NCBI GenBank assembly: GCA_965235115.1
Contig: OZ249451.1
Coordinates: forward strand, 12,028,001 to 12,092,000
Source: Laetmonice hystrix
Taxonomy: Eukaryota
DNA: 64,000 bases
Direction of reading: 5' to 3'
Shown in pieces: positions 1 through 12,400 of this stretch; within the stretch, counting starts at the first letter, position 1; each line of letters opens with the position of its first letter. The position numbers and the translations under genes are program-made. Under the pieces are notes generated by a model, which was given only the letters and a program-made list of their open reading frames with translations, ran no database searches and was not told the origin of the DNA.

Positions 1-1560
1 GTTATTGCTGACGAACCACCTTGTTTCAACAAAGGAAACAAATTTCATGAATAAATGAAATCTGGGTTAACTTTATTTCACTTTCTGAAAGTAATAATAG
101 TCGGTTCACATATTTATATACGTTTTCAAATCATTTCAAGGGTAAAGTATATTGTTAAGACGTTAACTGTAAGTATTTGCTTTGAAAGTTTCTTTTTTGT
201 TCATTTTTTCTGACAAATTTTATGTAAGGGTTGATAGTTAATGGAGTGGATGTTTCAGAGGGAGGGGACATGTTGGGAACTCTCCTAAATATATAATGTA
301 GCACTTAGGGTGGATGGATCCTTACAGGTTAGGCCATTGTTTTACATATCCAAAATGACTTGATTATGAAAATAAATTGAGTTCTATCCCCATGGAACAA
401 AGACGGGGTAGACAAAGGAAGGACCTTAACCTTCCAGAGATTGTAGAGGAATACAAGGCAACTGTTAACTGAGTGAAGCGAAGGTGCAAACATGATATTT
501 GTGGTGGTCATTGTAACCGTCAAAACACAGAGCGGAATAAAATAAGTGTGATTCCTGCTAAGAAATTTAATTATCTTGTTATGTCCAGAGGACAAAATGT
601 ATGTGATCAAAGGATTATAAAAACATATAATTTCACAATTTGATATTTTCTTATGTCTTTGATGAGTAGACTTCCCTTGATATGTGACAGAACCCAACCC
701 CTTGCCGATCTATCACTATTCAAGACCTGAACTTAACATACGTGTATATCAAAATATCGAAGTTTATTTAAAAGATGCATTCCTGACTCAGAAATAATTC
801 ACGTAAAACGGGTTGTAAGAGTCGTAAGTATTAATGTCTCCGTGGAGTTTATTGAATGAGGACACAATATAAATAGTCGTATATAAACAAAAGTGTAGGA
901 CTTCGTCAGGCCTACCACATAAAACAAACGTGTAGGAGGACTTGGTTAGGCCGACCAAATCCCGTAGATCCACGTACGATATCATTTTCAAGTAGAAGCC
1001 AAGCACCATTTCATATCTGATGTCAAGCACCATTTTGTATCTGGTGCTAAGCACCATTTCACATGTGGTGGACCAGGAGCTCAAGCAGGCATGTTAAAGT
1101 TATATAACATGATCAGATACGGACTTGTCCGTCCTTCAAAGGTAGACAATTATATTCCTTGTTTTATCTTTGTCTGAGGGTCGTCTGGATGCAATAGAAA
1201 TATCTATACACGTCTAAACATTATTCACAAAGGATGTCACATAGAATTTCCAGCAATGAATAAACATGATGTCTTGTTATACATATATGATCATTACAAA
1301 ATATCAAATTATTCCATCTCACATAGATGATGTCATAGACGCCCGGCGTTGCAACGTAAACGTCACTTCCTGTTTCTGACAGTTTGAGCGGGGTGGAAAC
1401 ATTTTCTGTTCCTGGAACGCGTTCACAAGTATCTTACACAGAGGGTGACGTCTACACATGATATTGTTTCAGATTAAGCATTATAATAGTATCCCGAAAA
1501 CCGGATTAGAAGACGATTACCACACTGTCATCAGTACCCTTCTATCCATCGCATACCCGA

Positions 1561-1625
1561 CTTGATTTCAACCAATCACGCCTGGCCTTGTGATGCTAGA
1601 CGGCCTGTGATTGGTTGAAACCAAG
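1561..1625. repeat. Short inverted repeat (19-bp arms, 1 mismatch) carrying CCAAT motifs
   Basis: cttgatttcaaccaatcac ... gtgattggttgaaaccaag. Confidence 0.7.
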
Positions 1626-2233
1626 GCAGCCGAATACAAAGAGAGCACGTGATTGGTTGAAGGGGACTAGTAACAGGATGTTGATTAGTGACTGGCTGAC
1701 GCGTGCGCAATGGGATCCTGAGTAAATAACCCCCACCGGCAAGTGTGCAGCACGACAGTTCTCTGTCAATAATTGTTATACAATTATATTGATATGTGTA
1801 ATTTCATACAGGATTCCATTATCTGTCATTATGACATAATCATTACATCTGTATCACAACCCGATGATTCCGCTAGTGGAGGTTGGGGGGGGGGGGTACT
1901 TGAAATTCTGGGTTATGTAATACAAAACAGGGCAAAGCCATGCTGTGGGCCAGTGCCTGGAACAGTACTAGTTGTATTAGCGCTGGGATACTGTTCAGAC
2001 AAATCTCTGTTGAACTGAGTCGATGACGTCATTCTGAACAAATGACTGATCATAAACTGATGGTGTCGTAACTAATCAGGATGTTTTATACAGGCACTTT
2101 CGATCGGATCAGTGCAGGTGAAAGCAACATGAACGGAGAGATATCATTGGTCGCAAAAAGTAGGTCAGTGATGACGGAAACTTGCTTCTCAATACAAGAT
2201 ACTCGCTGATGTTGACCCAGCGCCAATCGTCGC

Positions 2234-2372
2234 AAAGCTTGTCTGGGGGTCACAGAGCTTGTCCGGGGTCACAGAGCTTGTCCGCGGTCACAGAGCTTGT
2301 CCGGTGGTCACAGAGCTTGTTCGGCGGTCACAGAGCTTGTCCGGTGGTCACAAAGCTTGCCCGGTGGTCACA
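2234..2372. repeat. 19-20-bp tandem repeat, about 7 copies
   Basis: Unit about cacagagcttgtccggtggt. Confidence 0.9.
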
Positions 2373-2740
2373 TGGAATATGAGACATCGCTAGTCGAAGT
2401 CCTCCGTCTTTTAATGGAGAAACACGTAAATTCTCCCATTGATAAAATGTTTCATCGATTCTTCGTAAGTTTTATTCAGTTCTTGTGCTTCTTCTAGAAC
2501 TCGTAACTATCTTGGAACTAGATCTCGGGATAACCTGGCGGTTTGTTTGTTGGATCGAGAAGTTTTTTTTTTATTATTTATGTAGCGTTGTGCTTTCACT
2601 TCAAGTGGGTTAAATCTAAAAACCTCGGCGACAGACAGGAACGCCATAGAGTCAGTGTCACGGCTAAACACCATTTAATAACAAGGAGGTCTATTGTTAT
2701 GTACAGACGCTGGGTCAGGTAATGACGTATGACGTACGTA

Positions 2741-3452
2741 CTAAAGTCGCGTGCTCACGTCAATGTCACTGTAGTAGAGGTCACCTCGCCGAGGGTTCCG
2801 TTTTTCACCCAGTTCTACGACATTCTCGTGAGAACTGACCGGTCTGATGTCGACGGTGCTGGTCTGGCTGGGAGGCAGGCGTCCCTCGTTATAATATTGC
2901 ATGTTTAGATCAGGTTGACTGGCGTGCTCGTCCTTAATCTCAATCTCCGTGATGGACTCCCCACGCGGGTGGACGTATTTGACCCCAGCGTCGTCAAGTT
3001 CCCCGATGTAGGCAGACGACGAACTGCTCACTGACGTAACGTCCGATCGGTCGAGGGCAGGGACGCCCTCTGACGACCCGGATGTGGCGGTAACCGTGGC
3101 GAAGTCTGGGTAATCCTTCTCCTTGACGTCATACCCCGGCAGACCCGTCAAGTGGTAGTCGTCTGCTAGCTTTGAATTTGGCGACACGACGCTGACGGGT
3201 GTGTGTTTGTCGTGTATGAAGGCGTTGTTAGGGACGACCGCTACATACGGGGCCTTCTCAAGGCCGTTACGTTTGGTTTCGACGAAAGGGGGCGCTGCCG
3301 GCTTGATGTGACCTGATTTTAGTTTGTCACCGTCACCGCCGGAGTAAGCGAAGTCGGCGTCGGATACGAAGCCTGCTCTGTTCGTGTAACCGTTCTCCTG
3401 CCGGCTCGGCTGCTGCAGTATCTGCTCTTTCTTCTTTCGATACATCTTGCAA
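2741..3452 (-). CDS. Exon 13: cytoplasmic tail (CKMYRKKK...DLYYSDIDVSTRL*)
   Basis: Acceptor ttatcag|T at 3453/3452, phase 2 matching the TM exon; basic stop-transfer RKKK; TAG at 2741-2743; matches the 234-aa ORF. Confidence 0.9.
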
Positions 3453-6400
3453 CTGATAACAAAACATTAAAAAATAGATAAGACATAAATAAGTGTAACG
3501 CTGGCACAGGTTAGAATGGTAAAATAGTCCGCGCGGAGTCGCTTCCTTTTCCTAAAATTATGTAGGCCTACTTTAATAGAGAGCCGTGTACTACGTGACT
3601 GCTGTTCTTACACGTGTGAGCGATAATATGTGTAATCATTGGTTCCGTGAAGCTAAATGAGAGGTCACTTTAGCGTCAAAGTTTATATGTACTTGTGATA
3701 CTATAGGGCGAAACTTTGTAGGCCCCTGTAGTTGCTCCATAGGTTGTCAACATCGCACTTCACAACGAACAATTAGGGTTAGTATTTTCACCTGTGACCG
3801 ACAGAACTTAGAAGTGCTTCTCTGGTTATTGGCACGTTGACTATGAAACCTTGGATGACGGCCAGGGTGGTTATCGGTCGAGTATAAAGAACGCTACTCG
3901 GGTAAACTCAACGCCCTCTACAGGTCATCGAGGGAACGAAAGGGAGAGAACTGAGGCAGAGCGTTATTTCCTCATGGTGACTTTCCAAGAAAGTCCTAGG
4001 ATTAGGTTTGAGGCTTGGGAATGTGTGACGTCATATTGTTAGCTCCTCCCACCAGTGTCACGGGGGTGTTACCATGGACACAGGTGGAGTGGAGAGAACA
4101 GAACGGTTTAGTATATAATCACAGAGAGCATGGTGACTCGCTGTGTGGTTATGCCAGATAAACTTGAAGTAAACACTTTTGTTTCCTACCATTTCCAGAT
4201 GGTGACTAGGACAATGACGAGGAACAGCAGTACAGCCACCGCAATGCCAACGTACATAGGAATCAAATCCGCTAGGGTTCAAGGAAAAAAAGTAAATTAA
4301 TCACCTGTTAACCCCCATAAATATTATCAATATAAAACTTTAGGCAACATCCTATTACCTATTCATCGAACTAGCTACATGGGCGGATAGGGGAGGAGTA
4401 AGGACCTTAAGGCGTCGATGGTTTTTTTGTTTGTTTGTTTGTAATTGATCACATTGGGCCCCCTCTCTAAGATTCTAGATCTACCCCGATCTATAGACGA
4501 CACGTGTCTAAGATATGGCCGTATCAGGTGGGACATTCATTCAGAAGAAACACTGCATGAAGTTACGTGTGATACAATTTTAAAGACTTATATTTTAAAT
4601 CTGAGCAGAGTGTCATATAATGGGGCAGGATTGGAGACCAGAGTCTATACTTACGGTCCTCCTTCACCCCCGAGGTCGTTTCCGTCACTGTGTTATCTGT
4701 CGGCAAAGGAAGCAGAACAGAATGTTTACACTAAGATCATAGAATCATTCAAATAGTTGAAACATTAATATCAGATCTCTGAAACTGTAAATCGCTTAAG
4801 CAGCAATTATACACTGTACATTATTTGTGGACTTGGACTGGGACTGCTATACGTAACACGCCATACAAATGTGTGAAGAAAAAGCAGCCGGTAGACCTCA
4901 GTCTTCACCGAAACATGTTTTCATGAATCCCCGATAAGAAAACATCGAGGGGACCAGACATATACTTAAGTCTGGTCTTATACAGATACAGACACGCATG
5001 CAAGTATCACACAGTAAGACTTGGCCAACCGTCAGCAAAATGTACAATGACTTTCCTATCTGAGGACAGAGGAAGAACTTTGGGGGAACTTGTAAAACAA
5101 GATCTATTGAAGACTATTCTTTACCATATGTCCTCACCATGATCTGTAATTACATGTACCTCCTGGTCTTTGACACAAAGAACGATTAACTTGAATGACT
5201 CCGGGGCAATTCCCCATCCGACCAGGACAAAGCCTGAGGTATATGTGATTCAGGCTTCCCTCCTTATTACGTTCATACCTTTAGGTGACACCTAAATGGG
5301 TTAAAAGATGATCTCTGCTTACCGTCTGGGGCAGCGTTCATGGTTAGTCTCTATCCAGATTCCGAATCATCTGCAGAACGCTGGACTGGTGACACATATT
5401 CACGCAAGACGGTGGGGGAGGGTGGAGGGAAGGCAAGAGGGAATTCAATGCAAATCTAGGTCGGTCTTTCATGACTAGCTCAAGGCAGGTGGTTTTTCTA
5501 CCCTCTTATATTCCATGAAAGGTGGGTGGTGTGATGGAGCGGATGTTTTATACTAATTGACGGGCCTAACTCATCTATCATCTAACAGATCAAACGTGGT
5601 ACTTGGCACCCCATGAATTACAGTCAAACCGTACCATCAACATCTGCTCAGGCCCCCTCCCACTTCTGAAAGTATTTACCCCCGTCCTAGGACAAAACTC
5701 GCCCAATTCCTGACAAACTTCACGGCCTCCCCCGGGCGCATCCAGAAATATGCGACCCTACAGGTCCAACCCCAGAACATCATTTTGTTTGTCACAGTTA
5801 TCTATGTGAGAGGATGGTCAGTTTGTGTCATGCGTCTTGACTAGCTACCCGTCACGTTTCAGTGAACACATACGGCTTTCCAGGCGAGGGGAGGGTTGGT
5901 AAAAATGTCACAACCAAATCACATGGTTCACAAAACTCATACATACGTGGAAATCACGCGAGAATTCCTGGGAATTATTGACCTTTAACGTCGATATCCT
6001 AACACCCTCCCGCGGTCACCTCAAGCTTGGCGGAATCGAGGCTTGCCCGGGTTTAACATTGCCAGCTTTAAAAACAACCTGTTGTGCATCTTTTTCTTTT
6101 GGCAGCAACGAAACCTTCATTGTTTACCCTTGAAGATACATTGAGAATATAATATCAAAACGTAGATTTAGATCGGGCGTTGCTCACGCAGTGATCTGTT
6201 TTCTAATCCAGAACCATTCTGGCAGCTTTCGGCGGTTTTCATTCGACAATGTTCGGATATTTCCGTCGGCCGGAGCGCGTGATTCATATGATTGCCGCTT
6301 GGTGGCCAGAGTGGACCGGTTTGTTAGAACACTACTCACCAGGTGGCGCGCCAGGCGTGGACTTGGTGGGGACGCCGGGAGATTCCGGGCCGCCACCGAC

Positions 6401-9400
6401 GCCAGGGTCGATCGGGGGGACACCTGGCTCGAGGGTCGTACGACTGGCGTCAGGTATAAGCGTCGTCTTGTCGGCTCCTGGAGAGACGTCACAGAATCAC
6501 GATGATACAATCAGACAAATCAAAGAACGAAAACACGGCAATATCAGCTACCGACATAACAGAAGCACAAGCTGAGAAGCTTAGATCTATACACTCATCC
6601 CAGACCGAATGGCATATGGACCTCCCAGCATGTGGCTGCATTCAAAGCAGCGGCACAGACTTAACCCTTATACCTTCAAGGACCCCTCAAACACTGACAT
6701 ACGGTGGGGTTACCAAGGTTTTATTATAATGACGTCACCAACTTCTGTCTATTATACTCAAACAAAGATCGAGACACGGATCCTTACCAGACACGAACAT
6801 TAGCAAACGGTTAACTGAGCAAGACATTAACTGAGCGGTCTATGTTGGCATAGCGATTGGCAGGTGGCTTTCCCGAGGGTTTATTAAAGGCTAGAGTTCT
6901 CTTTCCCGGGGTTTTATTACAGGCTAGAGTTCTCTTTCCGCGGTTTTATTGAAAGCTAGAGTTCTATTTTTAAAGGTCCAGTTTCAAGTGTCTGCATCCG
7001 ACAGAGCATAATGATGGTTTGCACTGTTATAAAAGATTATAGGTATATCTACCTATGTCCTTTCAAATCTCCTACTCGGCTAAGTGCTTGCTCCATTCTT
7101 GGTGCCCAGAACAAGGACGTGGTGGACTAGATTCAATGCATTGGTAACCCCATGTCAAAAAATGAATACATGATATAATTATGACACTGTATTAAGCCTC
7201 TAATGGACTTAATCCCTGTTTCTTCCTGTCATCAATGACGTGGGTTCGCCCGTGACGTGACGTCAGACCGTATTTGGAAGCGTTCCTTTCCTAGCCTCAC
7301 ATCGTCCGCGTGGAGACGCAGATGTAAGGTTTGGGACAGAGGGACATTAAGAAACAAAATCTCCATGATTCCGGGAGGATAAATGACTCACAGAGCCTAC
7401 ACGTAGTCAGGTCAATCATGGTTACCATGCCAACTGATTTATTACATTACCGCACATAACGTCACAATAGAACATGACAAACATTACTGTACAGGGGTCA
7501 AACGTATCGGGAAACTGTGCAAGGAATTGTTTTACAGCAAAACTGTGCTACCTAACCAGACAATAGATTTGTTGTGTTGGGAATAATGATTTAAAACAAT
7601 ATTATAAATAAATATCTGTGGCCGCCAGGTGGAGTACGGCAAAGGTAAGAGTTATTGTTATAATAATAATGAGGATCCGGGGATTTATTAATTAAATATT
7701 ACAAGTAACATTGACAACGAGACATCGTGTAACACTGACATTGGAAGGCGATTAAACACTTGAATCAACTCTTTAATGTGGGTCTGATATTGGTGTATTA
7801 GAGAGTTAACACTACATTGTGGGTGACTGGTGTCCGTTTCATAGGTTACCATGGTTACGTAATAATCATTGTCGTGCCACAACGTTTTATCAGATTTATC
7901 AATGGCAAAACGTTTTGATTCCTGATGACGAGATGAAACGGACCCCATAGCAGTTTACTTTCATTAATAGTTCTATGTGAATACTTTCTGTTCCTACTCG
8001 ATTAGATGATAGTAAATTTGAACTTCATTAACATTGATAGGCAGGAGTTACTCTCATTATTTCTGAAGCTTTGCGTGACTTGAGCTTGTGACGATCGCGC
8101 GGTTAAGACTACTCGTAACTTCGGTCACTTGAACCTTACCTCAATGACGAGCGATTTTGGCACTAGGCGGCGCCACCTACAAAGCCTCTACTGCACGGAG
8201 TTAACGCTGATGGCATAGCACAGGGGTAGACAAGATGGGAATGAAGCAAGAGACGCCAGTCAAATCTCCCCAACTGTCCGCAATGCTTCCTAATGGAATA
8301 ACTTTAAGTGCACTGTTTAATTATATACCAATTTAAAAAGAAGAATAGAAAATAATTGACATAGACACAGGCGAGGAAAGATAAAACGACAAACAAGACC
8401 AAGACGTCGGAATAGCTCTACTACTTAACGTTAACGTTTCAGGTGAGGGACAGGACCCTAAAAATCATGCCTTTTTTCGAAAACCAGTGTGAAGTGAATG
8501 GTTTTGTCAAACACCAGTGGGAACAGTCTAACGTATCCCTTCTCCCCGAAGCCTAATAGCCTCAGTTTTCCTTGGGAACAGTCGGGGGGGGGGGGGGGGG
8601 GGGCTAGATGCTCACAATTCAAATATATAAAGATAGAAGGGGAGAAAAAAAATATGGTAGGCCTAATATGGTAGAGAAGGATGCCACCAGGGAAAGTAGG
8701 GCCTATCCTACATTGATCTGGTCTGAGAACCCGTGGTATAAACTGTGGCTGGACAGCATGCGATAGGTGTGAAGGGTTGACTGGGTGTTAGTAGTTTCAG
8801 GCAAGCTATATACGCACTGGGGATGGACGATACTGTTGGCATAGTTGGCCCACTCGTCGGGGACACAGACAGTGACGTCACACTAGGCCATGTCGTGCCG
8901 ATAGGGGGCGTTGTTGTAGTACTTGTTAAGTCAGGGATAGACGTGCCTGTCGTTGTTGTTGTTTTCCTTGAGTAACGCGTACTGGCTGGAGTTGTAGTTG
9001 TAGATGTGGTCGATGATGATTCCGTAGAAGGTGTACTTGTTGTAGATGTTGTAGAAGTTGTTGATGTTGTTGTAGTTGTTGTAGTTGACGTTGTCGATGT
9101 TGCTGAGTATTGCAACACAATCGTTCTTTGAGTATTGTAACTTCGCGTCTCAGTTAGACAAAAAATACTCGCCAAAACCGCCTAGTCGCACGCATGGGCT
9201 TCAATTATTTTTTTTTGCGTTTTTTGCGTTTTTTTGCGTTCTTATACATCTTTTTTAGAGATCCGTTAACAGTTATTTTTACATAACAAGCTTTCGGCGC
9301 ATGCGCACCCATGCAATACACATACTTTGATAATGAGTCCCGAAAGACAATGCGACAGTTAGGCAAAGCTGTATGAAGTTGGACGGCGATATGATTAAGA

Positions 9401-12400
9401 GCAATTGACAGACAAACAGACAACACACATAGGCTTCGTATCCTCGTTATGAGACCCAATCACTTCTGGTGAAAGCGATCACCGCAAAGTTAAAGCCAAA
9501 GTTACCAGAAGAAGGTTGACACAAAGCATATCGGGGTCATATTCAGGGTTTGCTTCTGACTTGGACTAATTATTTAATTTGTCCAACGGTCTAGGCAGAC
9601 GCATGTGCTACAGACGCATCACAACAAATGTTTTAAAGAGATTTGGTTAACCAGATCCCAGAAGAGGGGGTAGGTGTGGGTTTGAGCAGGTAATTGGAGT
9701 CAATTAGTCACACGAATTTTGTAAACAAAGGGAGGAAGTTGGTAGATGGCAGTCTACCAACACACTCTGCAAGACGCCACTAGTGTCGCCACCTATCACC
9801 AAACACATGAACCTCCTGCGTCCTCACGTGTCTGACCTAGGTCTACGTAATACTGGTTTCGTGCGAACACACTGATTGGCTGTTTTAGACAAAACACTTG
9901 GACAAGACAATATAATACATTTATACGCCCATATATCCGTCCGCCCATACAGAGCTATCATATAAACGGACTTGGGGACTGGGATTCCTGGAATTCCATA
10001 TCAAAACTTTTAGATTTGGACTCAAGTTCGTCCCTGGTTGACCTTGAGGTCGGTGTCGAACTGTCGATCTTTTAGTCCTGGCGTGACAAGCGCATGCGTG
10101 TATGGTTCGCGCATATCGTCAAGGCAACACAAGGGGTCAACAACATACATGCATGCTAGAGCTGCCATTGCACGACGTCATCTCAACAGGAAACATCTAC
10201 TCAAACTCAGGCTAGGTAATAATTTGTGTGTAAACTTTGCTAGAAGAAATGAGGTCACCCATGTAGGAAATCTGGTGACTGCAACTGGGAGATAACTGGT
10301 TTACCCCTCCCCCCTCCCCAAATAAAATAAAATTACAAATACATAATAAAATAAATCATTCCTTCTTTTGTTCCTGCTTTTGTTCCTTTTGTTCCTGCTG
10401 CCCAAACAGACATATGTTTTTCATATGCTACATCTTGTGTTGCTTTAAGACTTTACATATGAAAACATTGGTACGATCCAAGCACAAGGGGCATTAAGCA
10501 AGAAATTGGAGGTCCAGAAAATCGCAAGTAGAAGACTGAGGGGATGGGGTTGAGACGTCGCGCGCCTTCCAATTCTTACATATCCTAGCTACGTATACTG
10601 TAACCAACTTGCTAACTTTGCTTTAAATCCTTCATTTTGTAATCGCGCATTTAGCTGCAGCCTGATACTGATAGAAATACCCTATAGGTTTAAACTCACC
10701 TGGAAGTGCTGCTGGTGACGTGGTTGGACTTGAAGGTAGGGGACCTAATGTAGGTTGTGTCGGTACAAGCGCTGTATCAAAGAATGAAGGAAAGAACACA
10801 TTATAGATATATGCATGTGACGTATGGGGCACCGGGTGAACCTGACTGTGCGTAGTGCACATAGTAGTCGCTAGGGGGCCCACCTTTACGTGAAACCTTT
10901 GCATCCTGTTAATTTAATCCAACGTTAAATTTAAATATTTCCGTTGTTTTTGTTTATCACTAATCTCTTTTTTAACTGCCACTTTTCCAGTTTCTACTTG
11001 AATATCCCTATTTGCGGCCATTGCGACATGATTAGGCCTACTATTTTTGTGCAAAGATAATATTGGGATTCTCGAGTGCATTTGAGGATTTAGGGTTCAA
11101 GGTATCAGTGTATACTAATTTGATCACTAAATTAATTTTCTTCTAATCAATGCTCGGTTGCTGTCTGCCAGGGAGTCTAAATACTAAGGAATTTAAAAGT
11201 ATATATTAAACAGCTAATTATAAATGTTCATACGGTCATATGTAAACATTTCTCAGACCACAATTATTATGTTTAAGATGGTAAGTACCAAAGGCAAGTT
11301 GTTTTTTATTTGTGTGTGTGGGGCATTACAGTCGCACTGTCGTGAATTTAAGGAATGCATGCAAAATAAGCTACACCTGTAACAAAGTTACAAGGTGTCA
11401 AGTTACTCTGTGATAAGGTAAACAACCCTGCTTCTGATGTGACTTAGTGAACAGCCATGCTTCTATGACAAGGTGCACAGCCCTCTAGCCCAACAACCAC
11501 CTCTTCTGTGACAAGGTGCACAACCCCCTAGCCCAACCACCTCTTCTGTGACAAGGTGCACAACCCCCTAGCCCAACCACCTCTTCTGTGACAAGGTGCA
11601 CAACCCCCTAGCCCAAAAACCTCTTCTGTGACAAGGTGCACAACCCCCTAGCCCAACCACCTCTTCTGTGACAAGGTGCACAACCCCCTAGCCCAACCAC
11701 CTCTTCTGTGACAAGGTGCACAACCCCCTAGCCCAACCACCTCTTCTGTGACAAGGTGCACAACTCCCTAGCCCAACTACCTCTTCTGTGACAAGGTGCA
11801 CAACCCCCTAGCCCAACCACCTCTTCTGTGACAAGGTGCACAACCCCCTAGCCCAACCACCTCTTCTGTGACAAGGTGCACAACTCCCTAGCCCAACTAC
11901 CTCTTCTGTGACAAGGTGCACAACCCCCTAGCCCAACCACCTCTTCTGTGACAAGGTGCACAACCCCCTAGCCCAACCACCTCTTCTGTGACAAGGTGCA
12001 CACCCCCCTAGCCCAACCACCTCTTCTGTGACAAGGTGCACAACCCCCTAGCCCAACCACCTCTTCCGTGACAAGGTGCACAACCCCATACCCCAAAAAC
12101 CTCTTCAAAAGTGGTGAAATAATAGTCATGACGTCAAAGATGCATGGTTTCGCATTTTACTTTTAACCCACTACTCTTTGTGAAGAGTTATTCACATACG
12201 ATGGGCTATTATTATAGTAGTCAAGAAGCGGCAACATGACATTTGCATTTAGGTCGATGTAGTCGGACGTTTAGGTGAATCACCGTATCTCTATCCAGTG
12301 GCGGTATTAGACTATTGTTAGTACTGTACATTAGAAGACTTTGCCATACGTAGTATACCCTATAGATTAACTAGAGGAGATTTGGGTGTCCTTAAGACCT

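Noticed and set aside
379-476. Plus-strand peptide MEQRRGRQRKDLNLPEIVEEYKATVN* as a terminal exon of a convergent gene
   Set aside because: Too short, weak acceptor, and no other exons visible in the window.
11468-12106. CRISPR-like array
   Set aside because: Head-to-tail identical units with no unique spacers, in a eukaryotic intron, with no cas genes.
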